Positions 30,844 through 42,643 of a DNA stretch of 64,000 bases are shown piece after piece; the stretch's first letter is position 1; each line of letters opens with the position of its first letter. Both the position numbers and the translations under genes were made by a program. The DNA is from a bacterium. GTDB lineage: Bacteria; RBG-13-61-14; DATKZS01. Location: NCBI GenBank assembly GCA_963674965.2, contig CAXXFL010000007.1, positions 640,001 through 704,000 on the forward strand, in the 5' to 3' direction. The notes below the pieces were generated by a model, which saw nothing but the letters and a program-made list of their open reading frames with translations, was not told the origin of the DNA and searched no databases.

Positions 30844-31788
30844 TTATTGGCAACACTCTTTCAGCTTCGCGTCGGCCTTGTTGGACGCCTCGCTGAACGG
30901 ATAAAGCAGCTTTACTTCCCTGAACGACTCGGACGCCGCGGTGGGCCGGCCAAGCTCCAGGTGACAAAGTCCTATCTTGTAAAGAGACTCGGCGGCCGCC
31001 TCGCTGGCGGGGTGGCGCTCCGTCACTATCGAGTAAACGTCCTTGGCCCGGGAGTAGTCGCCGTTGGCGAAGTGGTCCTCCCCTAGCCAGAAGGCCACTC
31101 TGTCCTCGTTGGCCCCGCCGCCGTGGTTTTTAAGGTAATCCTCCATAAGGGGGCGGGCCTGGCCGGAGTCGCCGCTCTCGATCTTTTCCTTGATCGACTG
31201 GTAGGCGGCCGACTCGCCGGGCGAGGAAACCGGCTCGGGCGCGGGCGCCTGGGCCGGGGCGGACGAGTAAGAGGAGATGTTCTCCGATTTGACGCCATTG
31301 TTGCTCGAGACCGGCATGGCCATGGTTTCCGCCGGGTCGGGCAGGGGAACGTAGTTGGTCCCCGGCAGGGGCGAACTCGACCTGGGGCTCTCGATTAGAG
31401 AGGCGGACGAGTCGCTGGAGTGGGCGATGATCAGCTTGCCCTTGGGCCTGGTGGTCGCGGGCTGGGCTCCCTCGGGCTTGAGCCTGACCACGTCCAACCC
31501 CGGCAGGTTGGGGGGAGGAGCGCTCGAGGCGAAGTCGTTCATCTCGTAGCTCGAGCCGGAGGAAAATCCGCTGGTCCCGTTAAGGCGCGCCGTGAGAAGC
31601 TCGACCTTGGTGCTCAGGTCGGCCACCTGCTTTCTGAGCTCGGCGTTTTGTTTCTCGAGTATCTCGAGTCTCTCGAGCACGTCGTTTTTCGAGGATTTGG
31701 TGGGTTTAAAGGGATTGGCTCCCATGGAGAGAATGGAAGCGGTCACGACAACCGCAACCACCGCCGCTCGGTTTGTATATCGCATCAT
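30844..31788 (-). CDS. CpoB/YbgF-like TPR protein
   Basis: Signal, coiled coil, Pro/Ser linker, TPRs (FWLGE, SLYKIG, YPFSEA). Confidence 0.75.
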   Translation of the reverse strand: MMRYTNRAAVVAVVVTASILSMGANPFKPTKSSKNDVLERLEILEKQNAELRKQVADLSTKVELLTARLNGTSGFSSGSSYEMNDFASSAPPPNLPGLDVVRLKPEGAQPATTRPKGKLIIAHSSDSSASLIESPRSSSPLPGTNYVPLPDPAETMAMPVSSNNGVKSENISSYSSAPAQAPAPEPVSSPGESAAYQSIKEKIESGDSGQARPLMEDYLKNHGGGANEDRVAFWLGEDHFANGDYSRAKDVYSIVTERHPASEAAAESLYKIGLCHLELGRPTAASESFREVKLLYPFSEASNKADAKLKECCQ

Positions 31789-32030
31789 TTTCCGCCTCCG
31801 CTGTCGCTTCCACATTGACGGCCCCAGGGCCGTCGCGCTTACCAACTTTTACGAATACAGTCGATTGATATAATTATACTTAATTTAGTGGCCCATTGTC
31901 AAGTAAATTAATAACTTCCGTAATCGGGTCGTTTTTCGGTCCCCATTTTCCCTGGGCCGCGGGGAAAATGATGGCTTCAATAACGGCCCTTTTCCCTTAT
32001 GCCTCATTGTATCAGAGTCGGAGGAAAAGA

Positions 32031-33461
32031 TCAATTCTCCGGGGCCCCTTCCCGAAAATCGTCGGCCATGCCAGTTATCCAATCCCGGAAATCAAGGTCC
32101 ACGTCAGCGTATTTTCTTTTCGTTACTCTTTTTACGGCCTCGCCGAAGTCCATTCCCTTTTCCATGGCCGACATTATTTCCCTGAGAGAAAAGGGGCCAT
32201 ACCGGGTCTCGATGTACTGCACGGCCAGAAGGCTTTCCACGTAGGCGGCCTGGGCCCCGCGCTCTCCCAAGGCCATGAAGCTTCCCTCGAGTTTTCGAAG
32301 CGGCGCCGGACGCCCGAGCTTCACGAGCCTCGCCGCCAGGGCGCCCGGGTCCTCGACCTGGCCCTCGCTTCTTTGCGCCATGCCCTCGTGGAACCAGACC
32401 GGGGCCTTGCCCCTGGCTACCTCATGGACCAGGGCGTGGGTGTACTCGTGGGAGATCAGTCTCTCCAGGTCCCTCGTCTTCCGCTTAAGGCCCTTGGCCG
32501 GTATCCTGATCTTGCCGTCGAAGACCGCTCCCGCCCAGGCGGGCGACCTGGTCACGTCCACGAACTTCTCGTCCGCGTAAAGGATAACCGTGACCGGGCC
32601 GTCGGGGAAGAAGCCCAAATCTTTTCCCACTTCCAAATAGGCGTCCTCAAGCATGAGGCCGATTACCCGGTGATTGCCAAGCTCGCCCGAGCCTTCTCTT
32701 TTAATAATAAAATGTCTCGTCCTCGACTGAAGAAAGTCGCGCTCGACCCTGGCCTCCCTCTTGGCCTTCTCCAGCATCTTTGCCGCTCCCTCCTGCTCGG
32801 GCTCGAGCGACAGGCTGAGGCGAAAGTACTCGACCGCCTCGTCCAGGCGGTTGTTCTCGTAACAGATGCGGCCCATGAGGTCGAAGGCCTCGGGCCGGCT
32901 TCCTCCCTCCTCGACGTAAAGATCGAGCCAGTTTTCGGCCTCGTCCTTTTTCCCCTCCTTATAGGTCGAGTAGGCCATGCCCCTCAAGGCCTCCTCGTTG
33001 TCGGGCCAGTGGAAAAGGGACTCCATGAAAAAACCCTTGGCCTTAACGTGGTCGTCCTCACTGAAACTCTCCCAGCCCCGGCGGGCCAGAAGGTGGCTCA
33101 TGTCGCGACTGAAAAGGTCGTTGTAGGGGTCTTGCTCGAGGGCGCGGCTCATGAGGGAAATGGCCTCGGCGACTTTTCCCGAGTCCGCCAGGGCCAGGGC
33201 CTCGATCCGTATCTCCGAGCCGCGGTAGGGCGAATGGCCGCCAGGGTCGCCAATGCCGCTTCCCGGCTCGTTCCAGCCGGGTTCGCCTGAGGCCAAGGAG
33301 ATGAAGGGAGCGGCGTCGGATATGAGCGCGGAATTGGCCGGGGGATTTTTTTCGCGGCCGACTTTCTCATTGTCGAAATGAAAAAAATATAGCCACGCGG
33401 CCGCCGGGGGAACGAGGACCAGGGCCAGAAGCCGCGCCGAGCGCCTGAATCCGCCCGCCAT
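32031..33461 (-). CDS. TPR protein with peptidase MA-like (HExxH) domain
   Basis: N-terminal TM, TPRs, HEYTH..P.WFHEG.A; start moved to MAGGF. Confidence 0.85.
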   Translation of the reverse strand: MAGGFRRSARLLALVLVPPAAAWLYFFHFDNEKVGREKNPPANSALISDAAPFISLASGEPGWNEPGSGIGDPGGHSPYRGSEIRIEALALADSGKVAEAISLMSRALEQDPYNDLFSRDMSHLLARRGWESFSEDDHVKAKGFFMESLFHWPDNEEALRGMAYSTYKEGKKDEAENWLDLYVEEGGSRPEAFDLMGRICYENNRLDEAVEYFRLSLSLEPEQEGAAKMLEKAKREARVERDFLQSRTRHFIIKREGSGELGNHRVIGLMLEDAYLEVGKDLGFFPDGPVTVILYADEKFVDVTRSPAWAGAVFDGKIRIPAKGLKRKTRDLERLISHEYTHALVHEVARGKAPVWFHEGMAQRSEGQVEDPGALAARLVKLGRPAPLRKLEGSFMALGERGAQAAYVESLLAVQYIETRYGPFSLREIMSAMEKGMDFGEAVKRVTKRKYADVDLDFRDWITGMADDFREGAPEN

Positions 33462-33475
33462 GTCCTTTCCTTTTT

Positions 33476-34507
33476 TCAGTCGCCGCCGCCCGGCGGGAAT
33501 TTCATAATCCAGGGCGCGGTGTTCGGGTTGTAATCGTAGGGCTTGCCGTTGTATTGGACCGAGGATACTCCGTCGGGGTTTCCGAGCGCGAGCCGGAGGG
33601 AGCGCGAGGCCTCGAAGGCCACGGTGGGGTTTTCCTCCGGGTTCAGGATGGCCTGTCTCGGCGGGTCTTCCCCGTCGATCGAGAAGCTCACCCAGCAGGC
33701 TTCCTCCAGGGAAAGGACCACCCGGTGCCTGATGGAAGTGGCGGGAGAGGTCTCGGGCGGAGCGGAACCCCCGCCGGTGGAGGAAGGTGGGGAGCCGCAT
33801 TTTTCGCAAAGGTCCTTGGGCGGACCAAGTTCCTCCCCAAGCCTGCTGATCCAAGGATATTTGGGCACGATGGGCTCGCGTGCCGGCGGCTCGTTCGGCT
33901 CGGGCTGGTCGGGGGAGGCGCCGGCGGCTGGAGTCGAGACCCCGTTCTCCTCCACCGGGTCGGGCGTCTCGTCGGTCGCCGGTATCGAGTCCCCGGGTTC
34001 CTCCGTCGTGCCGCCGCCGCTTATTATCTCGTCCGTCGTGGGCAGGCTCGAGCCGGAGTATAGTCCCGCCCGGTCCCTGGGTTCATCGGTTTTTTTGGAT
34101 ACGTCGTCGGGCGAGTTGGCGAGCCAGAAGGCCAGGGCGCCCACCAGCACCGCGATGATCATGAAGCCTAGGAGAAGATATCTTTGCTTGGGCGCGGGCC
34201 TTTTATGAATGACGGCGGCCTCGCCCGTCAGCTCGGGGTATCGGTTTTGCACGAACGAGTCGAAACGGAGCATCACGTCGGGCACGTTAAGTCCCACGTA
34301 ATCCGAGTAGCACCGGATAAACGCCCTTACGAAGGCGAGGGGAGGGAGGGACGCGAAATCGTCCTCCTCGATGGCCTCGAGGGCTTTGAGCTTGATGCGG
34401 GTATAGGAAGCGATTTCCTCGAGGTTTATATCTCGAGACTCCCTTTCCCGCCTGAGGTATTCCCCGAAGCTGTCGCTAATATCGACTTGTGGACCCATTA
34501 AACCCAA
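33476..34507 (-). CDS. rodZ: RodZ-like HTH/TM/DUF4115 protein
   Basis: FGEYLRRERE..LEEIA..TRI...L.AIEEDDF..LP...FVRAFIR.Y; TM; CWV..LGN. Confidence 0.8.
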   Translation of the reverse strand: MGLMGPQVDISDSFGEYLRRERESRDINLEEIASYTRIKLKALEAIEEDDFASLPPLAFVRAFIRCYSDYVGLNVPDVMLRFDSFVQNRYPELTGEAAVIHKRPAPKQRYLLLGFMIIAVLVGALAFWLANSPDDVSKKTDEPRDRAGLYSGSSLPTTDEIISGGGTTEEPGDSIPATDETPDPVEENGVSTPAAGASPDQPEPNEPPAREPIVPKYPWISRLGEELGPPKDLCEKCGSPPSSTGGGSAPPETSPATSIRHRVVLSLEEACWVSFSIDGEDPPRQAILNPEENPTVAFEASRSLRLALGNPDGVSSVQYNGKPYDYNPNTAPWIMKFPPGGGD

Positions 34508-34532
34508 TATCTTCCAGCCGACCCGCGGGGGC

Positions 34533-35354
34533 TTACCTCACCACGCCGGGGCAATTATATAGACGCATGTAATCCACCGATTGTTCCGCCTCGGGCGCTC
34601 CCTCGACGATGGCGGCCTTGGAAAACTCGTCGCAGGCCTGGGCGTAATACCCGAGCCTTCCGTACTCGACGCCCAAAAGGAAATGGGGCCTGGCGTAGTT
34701 GGCCGGGCAAAGCTGGATGGCCTTTTGATAGTCGAGAATGCCTTTTCTGTTGAGGCCCTGCTTCACGGCGATCTCTCCCCTGTTGGTATAGGCGATGCAG
34801 AAGTTGGGGTTGGCCTCGATGGCCTTGTTGGCCGCGTTCTCGGCCAGGAGCAGGTCTCCCTTTTGCAGATAGGCCCAGGCGAGGTTGCTGTAGGCCTCCC
34901 AGGGCCTAAGAAAAAGCTCGTCCTCCGCGCACGTCTCAAACTGGGCGATGGCCTCGTCCCAACGCTCCAGTTCCAGGTACATGACGCCCAGGGCCATCCT
35001 CGAGTCCGTGTGCGTCTTGTCGATCTCGAGGGCCTTTTTGAACGCGTCGATCGCCTCGTATAGCTTGTGCCGCTTATGATAAATAAGTCCCATCCAATAA
35101 TAGACCTCGGGGTCCTTGGGCTTGCACTGGGCCGCCTGGGTTATGGATTTGAGGGCCTCGATGTATTTGCCGGCGTTATAGAAGTTGATCGCCTGGCCCT
35201 TCATGGCGTCCACGTACTTGGGGTTCCTGCACTCCTCCGGTTTATTGGCGTATTTCAAAGCCTTGGGGTTGCACCCGCCGGCCACCGCCGCGACGGCCAT
35301 AATAACGGCCAACCGCGACAGGACCCACGAGAAGGTCGTCGTTTTGAGCTTCAT
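34533..35354 (-). CDS. TPR lipoprotein, PilF/PilW/Tgl-like pilotin
   Basis: AGGC lipobox, about 6 TPRs, position directly upstream of rodZ. Confidence 0.7.
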   Translation of the reverse strand: MKLKTTTFSWVLSRLAVIMAVAAVAGGCNPKALKYANKPEECRNPKYVDAMKGQAINFYNAGKYIEALKSITQAAQCKPKDPEVYYWMGLIYHKRHKLYEAIDAFKKALEIDKTHTDSRMALGVMYLELERWDEAIAQFETCAEDELFLRPWEAYSNLAWAYLQKGDLLLAENAANKAIEANPNFCIAYTNRGEIAVKQGLNRKGILDYQKAIQLCPANYARPHFLLGVEYGRLGYYAQACDEFSKAAIVEGAPEAEQSVDYMRLYNCPGVVR

Positions 35355-35428
35355 CTTTCCACCTCCATCACACGGCGCTCCGCATACCCCTTCAGTGCTC
35401 TCGCAAACAATATCGTCAGGGGAGGGCC

Positions 35429-36490
35429 TTACATCATGGCGAGAAACCGCACCAGTATCTCGTAGTCCTTTTTCGATATCCCCGCGGGTATTTCGACCTC
35501 GGCGGCCGCCGGCGGTGGCGTCGCGGCCCGGGGCGGGGGAGAAACGGGAGGAGGCCGCTCGTCCACTCCGCCGAGGACCTTGGCTTCCTCGGGCGTAAGC
35601 GCTTCCTCCTCGGGAACGGCCGGCTCGGGCTCCATTACCGCCTCCATGATGGGCTCGGCCTCGATGGTCTGCTCGTCGGCCGCTTCATCCTCGAGTCCCT
35701 CGAAGGCGGCCTCCACCTCGGCCGTTTCCTCGATGGCGGGAGCGGTTTCCTCCATCTCGAGGCCCTCGAGAAGGTCGTCTCCGGCGTCGAGAGGCTCGGC
35801 CTCGGCCGCCTCCGGCTCGGCCGGTCCCTCCTCGATCATCTCGAGGGCGTCCAGGGCGTCCTCCTCTGGCGAGTCCGCGCCGAGGGTCACCTCCTCGGCC
35901 TCGATATCGTCGCCGCCCAGGGTTATCTCCTCGACCCCGTCCGACTCCTGGGGGGTAAGGTCCTCCTGATCGCCCAGAACGTCAAGGTTGATCTCCTCGG
36001 CGTCCTCGCTTTCGAGGGCTATCTCCTCGGGCTCGGATTCGTCGAGAGACTCGATGACCAACTCCTCCACGTCCGCCTCTCCCTCGGCGTCGGCCGACTT
36101 CATAAAGGAGAGGTCCGCGTGAAACATGGGGGTCTCCTCATAAATGGACGCCTTTTCCTCGGGACTCTTGTCCCGAAAGCGCATGTCGTCGATCATGAAA
36201 CCCATGCTCTCGGCGAACTGGAAGGCGCTCTGGTATATGCCGCTTACCTGCTCGCCGGGGACGGCGCCCTCGCTCCATCTATAGAGCAGCCCCGTGTTCG
36301 AGTTGGCCAGGTAAAGGTAAATGTATACTTGATAATTACCCTGGTCGTAGACGGTGGAGATAAAGGCCTGGGCCGGCTCGGGCGGCCGGTCGGGCGGCGC
36401 CACCGTGGGTCGGTTAATCGAGGTATAAATATCGATTACTTCCTCCGGCCTGGTTTCAACGTGCGTCTGATTACTTTCGAGCTCAAACAT
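35429..36490 (-). CDS. Conserved-looking hypothetical protein with long acidic linker
   Basis: GGAGG RBS and ATG at 36490; globular N-domain (FAESMGF), Glu/Asp-rich linker, hydrophobic C-terminal helix. Confidence 0.75.
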   Translation of the reverse strand: MFELESNQTHVETRPEEVIDIYTSINRPTVAPPDRPPEPAQAFISTVYDQGNYQVYIYLYLANSNTGLLYRWSEGAVPGEQVSGIYQSAFQFAESMGFMIDDMRFRDKSPEEKASIYEETPMFHADLSFMKSADAEGEADVEELVIESLDESEPEEIALESEDAEEINLDVLGDQEDLTPQESDGVEEITLGGDDIEAEEVTLGADSPEEDALDALEMIEEGPAEPEAAEAEPLDAGDDLLEGLEMEETAPAIEETAEVEAAFEGLEDEAADEQTIEAEPIMEAVMEPEPAVPEEEALTPEEAKVLGGVDERPPPVSPPPRAATPPPAAAEVEIPAGISKKDYEILVRFLAMM

Positions 36491-36704
36491 TTCTACCTCC
36501 GCTTGGCACAGGGTGGCCGTAAGACAAGCCACGCTATCTCATGCGTCCTTTTTCGATCAAGGACCCAGGTTACCCTAATGGAAATAATTAAATTTATCCG
36601 CTAACAGTTTAACACGTTTGGTTTTTTTATCCAAGCGTTTATTTAAACTCCATTATGGGACCAAAATAAAGCCCCCTTTTCGATCGCCATGGGCCGCCTA
36701 AAAT

Positions 36705-37628
36705 TCACTCCGTTATCATTATTTCCCGCAGCTCGCGCGCTCTCACGTCCACGTCGGCCCTGGTTGTTTCTCTTAACCTGTCCAGGCTGAAGCCCTCGAC
36801 CGTGAAGCTGGCCACGGCCGCGCCATGGATGAGGCTTTTCTTCATGCTGGGCAGACTCGCGTCGTCCATGGCCGCCAGGTAGCCGATCAGCGCTCCGGCG
36901 AAGGTGTCGCCCGCTCCGGTCGGATCGATAAGATTATCCACCGGGTAAGCGGGGGCAACTCCAATGCCCTCGCGGGTGACCAGGGTCGAGCCGTGCTCCC
37001 CGCGCTTGACGATCAGGGCCGTTTTCACCCCGTCGGCCAGGAGCCTTCGGGCCGCCCTTATCACGTTGAAGTCGCCCGTCAGTTGCCTGACTTCCTCGTC
37101 GTTTATTACCAGAACGTTGACGCGGGGCAGAAGTTCTACCAACTCCTCCCTGGCTATGTCGATCCAAAGGTTCATGGTGTCGCATACGATGAGCTTTGGT
37201 CCCGTGACCTGGTCGAGGACCTTTTTTTGCAGGCCCGGATGGATATTGGCCAGGAAAACGTAGTCGATCCCCTTGTAATCGTCGGGCAATACGGGGTCGA
37301 AGTCCTCGAACACGTTGAGCTGGGTGTCAAGGGTTTCCCGGCCGATCATGTCCGGCAGGTATCTTCCCGCCCAGTGGAAAGTCTTGCCTTTTTTTCTCTG
37401 CATGCCTTTAAGGTCCACGCCCCTTTTCTCGAGGAAATCGACGTGCTCGTCTTTAAAGTCCTCTCCCACCACCGCCACCACGCTGGGCCGGCAGTAATAG
37501 GACGTGGCCACCGAGGCGTAGGTGGCGGCCCCGCCCAGGGCCATCTCGACCTTGCCCGTTTCCGTCTCGACCGTGTCGTAAGCCACCGAGCCCACGATCA
37601 GGACCCGGGCGTCCTTGTTTTCTCCCAT
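36705..37628 (-). CDS. PfkB family carbohydrate/nucleoside kinase
   Basis: VGSVAYD, GGAATY, DTMNLWI, DPTGAGDTFAG. Confidence 0.92.
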   Translation of the reverse strand: MGENKDARVLIVGSVAYDTVETETGKVEMALGGAATYASVATSYYCRPSVVAVVGEDFKDEHVDFLEKRGVDLKGMQRKKGKTFHWAGRYLPDMIGRETLDTQLNVFEDFDPVLPDDYKGIDYVFLANIHPGLQKKVLDQVTGPKLIVCDTMNLWIDIAREELVELLPRVNVLVINDEEVRQLTGDFNVIRAARRLLADGVKTALIVKRGEHGSTLVTREGIGVAPAYPVDNLIDPTGAGDTFAGALIGYLAAMDDASLPSMKKSLIHGAAVASFTVEGFSLDRLRETTRADVDVRARELREIMITE

Positions 37629-37789
37629 AAATTCGTCTCCTTCCCGGCGGCTCGAGGCCGCCCTGGCCGATCGCCCCTCGAGGAGCGCGGCTTGAGCCAT
37701 TTTCGCACGGCTTCTTGATATTGCAAAAGCCGGGTCCAGTAAAGCTCCGGGCTTGAATATCTTTTCCTCTCCTGTTCTAATAATCGGCC

Positions 37790-39046
<1,257 letters not shown>

Positions 39047-39135
39047 AAACGTTCCATTTTACGGCTGGAGCCAAGGCTTATCCTTGGCAAGGAAAAAGCC
39101 GTCCCCGGGCGGGTCGGCCGAAAAAATATCTTTTT

Positions 39136-40470
39136 TCAATACCCGATAAAAATGGGGTTGACGAAGAGCAGGCTCTCGGGCATGGTGGGGTCCTCGTAGG
39201 GGACCGAGTCGTCCACCGGGCCCACCACCTCGACGCGATAGAAGGCCGGGACCTTTTTCTCGCCGATCTCGTTGTCAATAAAGGACAGCTCGGTACCGTC
39301 CACTTCCTCGACCACCACTCCGTTCCTTATCAGCGTGGTCCTGCATCCGTCAACTGGATGGTCGAGGGAGAATCTGACGCGAGGCGCGGCGTCGAGCTTG
39401 ACTTCCATGCCCAGCATGACTTTCCTTTGGGCCTTGTCGCCGCCGGCCACGGACCACTCGCTCACGAAGGAGTCCTGGAAGGCCTCGCCCTGGAGGGCGA
39501 CCATGCGGCCCTCCCTCATGCATTTGTAGACCTCGGCCTCGGTGAACTCGTTCATATAGAAAAGAGTGGTGGCCACGGCCAGGGAACCCCCGAAATGGTA
39601 ATCGGCGTCCGCCGAGACCCAAAGGGGCCTGTCCCTCATGCCCACCAGGTACTCGGCCAGGACCGAGTCCCACTGGCCGCCCGGGCGGGGAACGACCTTC
39701 CATCCCTCGGGCAGGGCCGAGAATCCGGTCAGTCCCCTGAAGCGAGCGTTGTTGACGGGGGGAATGGCCATGTTGTGGACGGGGCCTATCCAGTCGTCGG
39801 GCGCCCAGTCAGGATGAACGCAATGCACGATGCCGCCGTTTTGGTCCAGGTAATCGACCAGTGCCTCGTAAGGCTCGTCGCCGTAATCCTTTTCCGGCTT
39901 AAGGGGCACCCGGTCGCTGGTGGGCATGTTTTCCAGAACTCGAGGGTCCTCGATGGCGTAGACGGTAAAGTGCTTTACCCCTCCGAGCAGCACGAGGTGG
40001 GGGAATTTGCCATGGTTCCGCAGGTGGGGAGGACTTATCTCGACGCCCTTCAACGCGATCATGTCCTGGGCAAGGGCCCTTTGCTGGATTTTCCTCAGGC
40101 GCTCGTAATATACGTCGTAGCCCACGCTTTCGACTCCTCCCCTGTCCCCGCACATATAATTGCCAAAGCATATTTTGCCTTCCCGGTGGTCGGTATAAGC
40201 CAGAATGGCCATGCCCTGGTCCTGGGCCAGGTCCAAAAGCTCGTCCGCGTCGCGTCGTCCGTCGCTGTAGGTCGTATGATTATGCAGGGAGGCCCGGGCG
40301 ACGATCCATCCGTCGCATGAATATTTTGGGGTCCTTTCCGGTTGTTTGGGCCTGGTCCCTATGGGCACGGGTTTTTTCTTTGCCGCCGGCAGGGTGCATC
40401 CATCCAGGACAAGGATGGTTGCAAGGCAAATTGTTAATGATAACGATATCTTTGGGAATTTCACAGTCAT
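39136..40470 (-). CDS. PHP-domain metallohydrolase, probable lipoprotein
   Basis: LDGC lipobox-like; HNHTTYSDG, TDH, GVE, HP, DYH. Confidence 0.75.
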   Translation of the reverse strand: MTVKFPKISLSLTICLATILVLDGCTLPAAKKKPVPIGTRPKQPERTPKYSCDGWIVARASLHNHTTYSDGRRDADELLDLAQDQGMAILAYTDHREGKICFGNYMCGDRGGVESVGYDVYYERLRKIQQRALAQDMIALKGVEISPPHLRNHGKFPHLVLLGGVKHFTVYAIEDPRVLENMPTSDRVPLKPEKDYGDEPYEALVDYLDQNGGIVHCVHPDWAPDDWIGPVHNMAIPPVNNARFRGLTGFSALPEGWKVVPRPGGQWDSVLAEYLVGMRDRPLWVSADADYHFGGSLAVATTLFYMNEFTEAEVYKCMREGRMVALQGEAFQDSFVSEWSVAGGDKAQRKVMLGMEVKLDAAPRVRFSLDHPVDGCRTTLIRNGVVVEEVDGTELSFIDNEIGEKKVPAFYRVEVVGPVDDSVPYEDPTMPESLLFVNPIFIGY

Positions 40471-40571
40471 TTTTCGACCCCGGAATTTTTTCCCATAATA
40501 CGTTTAATCCCGCTAATGGTCAAGTAAGATTTTCGTATGAATTGGCGGAGAGTAAGACGGACTTATTTGAT

Positions 40572-40859
40572 GAGCCTCTTGCGAAAGTCCCGCTTTAGGA
40601 GTGCGGCGGCTCGACGCCGCTTTTCTTCCGAGCGGCTTGACGCGAGGCAAGCAGGTGTATTAATAGGCCTTGTCAAGCCAAGGCCATCGAAAGCGGTCTC
40701 AAGCGACCGCACTCCTATGTCCCTATTTGTCAAGTGACCTCGAATTATTATATCGGTCCTGGGCAATCTCCTATTCGAACGCGTGGTGGTACACGGTTCA
40801 TTTTATCTTTTCGCTTCCGGACGGATCACACTCCAAAGCGGGACTTTTGCACGAGGCTC
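40572..40859. mobile_element. MITE-like element with about 33-bp terminal inverted repeats and internal REP pair
   Basis: Left GAGCCTCTTGCGAAAGTCCCGCTTTAGGAGTGCG vs right (rc) GAGCCTCGTGCAAAAGTCCCGCTTTGGAGTGTG. Confidence 0.7.
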
Positions 40860-40863
40860 GGAT

Positions 40864-40983
40864 AGTTATGAAAACGCGCCGTCCAAATGGAGTGGCTTAT
40901 AAAATTTTGCGCGCTTGTTTTTGAATTTGACAATACTCAGCCCGCGGCTCCGCCTTCCATGCATTTAATAAAGTTCATGGGCC
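40864..40983 (-). repeat. Family A palindromic element, half copy
   Basis: rc reads GGCCCATG..ATGCATGGAAGGCGGAGCCGCGGGCTGAGTATTG, matching the 28.5 kb and 54.2 kb copies. Confidence 0.7.
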
Positions 40984-41165
40984 GGCTAATCTCGTACATT
41001 TTCTATTATCCATCAGGGTCCTCGCCCATTGCCGAGGAAGTTTCTCCGTAGGCTTAATTGAATTTCGCGGAGCAGGTTGTATTATTGATGTACGGAAGGC
41101 CATTCGCGGCGAAGAACGCGGCGCGGGTGAGGCTTCATTAATAACGATCGCGAGGCGGAGAATAA

Positions 41166-42293
41166 ATGAAATCCTGTAAATCATCGGGAGCGGGGGGACG
41201 GAGAAGGGACTTTCTGAGGAGCGCCGGCTCGGCGGCCGCTCTGGCGGCTTTGTCTCAGGGATGTCTTCTCAAGCAGCGGGAGGCGGGGAAGCCGCTTCAT
41301 ATGAAGAAGCGGATGAAGTCCTCTGGCGGCGGTCCTGATCCTCTTCCTCCCACTGGCGTGTTTCCGGATATTGACCCGGCCTCGGTGGGCCTGGTAGGAA
41401 TCGGGGACTCGGTGCATGAGGCGGTACGAGAGGCGGTGATGGCCGCCGGCGGCCTGGATGAGATCGAGCCTGGCCAGCGCGTTTTGATCAAGCCCAACAT
41501 TTGCGGTCCGGCCATCCGCGGCAGGTACCCTGGCCGTATCACGACCAGCCCGGAGGTGGTCCGGTCGGTGATCCGTCTTTGCAAGGAGCGGGGGGCCGAG
41601 GTGATCGTGTCGGAGCGGTCCATGATCGGGACGGAGCTGGCCTTCAAGACCTCGGGCATCGCCCGGGTGTGCCATGAGGAAAAAGTCCGCGCCTTCCCCT
41701 GGACGCGGGCCGAGTACGTCCTTTTCAAGCCGGGCAGGCGCCACTGGAGCCAGGGGTTCCGCTATCCCAGGATACTCGACGAGGTCGATCACTTTATCAA
41801 CGTCCCTCTCCTTAAAAACCATGGAGTGGGAGGGGCCGACTTCACCTGTTGCCTCAAGTCCTTCGTGGGCGTGGCCATGCCCCTGGACAGGCACCAGGAG
41901 GGACCCGACGCCCTCCATACCAACAACATCGGCGAGAAGGTGGCCGAACTGAACCTTTGCGCCAAACCCCTCATCAACATTGTGGACGCGACCGAGATCA
42001 TGGTGGCGGGGGGACCGGACGGCCTAAAAAAGAAAGCCTCCATCTGGGTGAAACCGAAAATGATTATGGCCAGTAGAGACCGGGTGGCCTGCGACTCCGT
42101 CGCTTTTGCCACGCTCAGGCTCTACGGGGCCGAAGCCGGCGTGAAGCTTCCCTACATAAGTAAAAGGCCGGGAGAACAAGTGCAGATTTACTATTCCGCC
42201 GAGTTGGGCCTCGGCCAGGCCGATCCGAGCAAAATCGAGATAGTGGACAAGGGCGTGTCCCATTTTGACGAAATAAAGTCTAACTGGCTGTAA
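41166..42293 (+). CDS. DUF362 domain protein with Tat (lipo)protein signal
   Basis: RRRDFL..SQGC; VLIKPN, INVPLLKNH, DRVACD. Confidence 0.88.
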   Translation: MKSCKSSGAGGRRRDFLRSAGSAAALAALSQGCLLKQREAGKPLHMKKRMKSSGGGPDPLPPTGVFPDIDPASVGLVGIGDSVHEAVREAVMAAGGLDEIEPGQRVLIKPNICGPAIRGRYPGRITTSPEVVRSVIRLCKERGAEVIVSERSMIGTELAFKTSGIARVCHEEKVRAFPWTRAEYVLFKPGRRHWSQGFRYPRILDEVDHFINVPLLKNHGVGGADFTCCLKSFVGVAMPLDRHQEGPDALHTNNIGEKVAELNLCAKPLINIVDATEIMVAGGPDGLKKKASIWVKPKMIMASRDRVACDSVAFATLRLYGAEAGVKLPYISKRPGEQVQIYYSAELGLGQADPSKIEIVDKGVSHFDEIKSNWL

Positions 42294-42643
42294 TCTATAA
42301 TCATAACGCTAGGACCCCGCTACTTTCGGCGCCCGGACGGATAAAGCCGTCCGGGATGACCGATGAAAAAATGAGGTGAAATTAAAAAAATGTCGCCTCA
42401 GATTTTAACCATCTCTCGTCCATTGATATTAAATCTTTGCAAATAGTGGCCCTCCATCTTGCATTATCCATAATGGTTTTGATAGTATCGGGGCCAGAGT
42501 GTTTTTGATCGCTTATCTTCAGGGGGATTATAAGCGGCGGAAAGTAATTTGAAGGGACCTTTCGGTCCCGGGCAGTGAAACGGGTTTTTCAACGCGGGGA
42601 TTTTCAAGATTCAATCAAAAGCCGATTAAGGAGGGCATTTGCG

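Noticed and set aside
31896-33290. 464-aa plus-strand ORF
   Set aside because: Antisense to the TPR-peptidase gene, which has clear motifs
42520-42600. Possible c-di-GMP riboswitch upstream of the beta-helix gene
   Set aside because: Only a short GGGACC/GGTCCC hairpin; class I and II consensus elements not found
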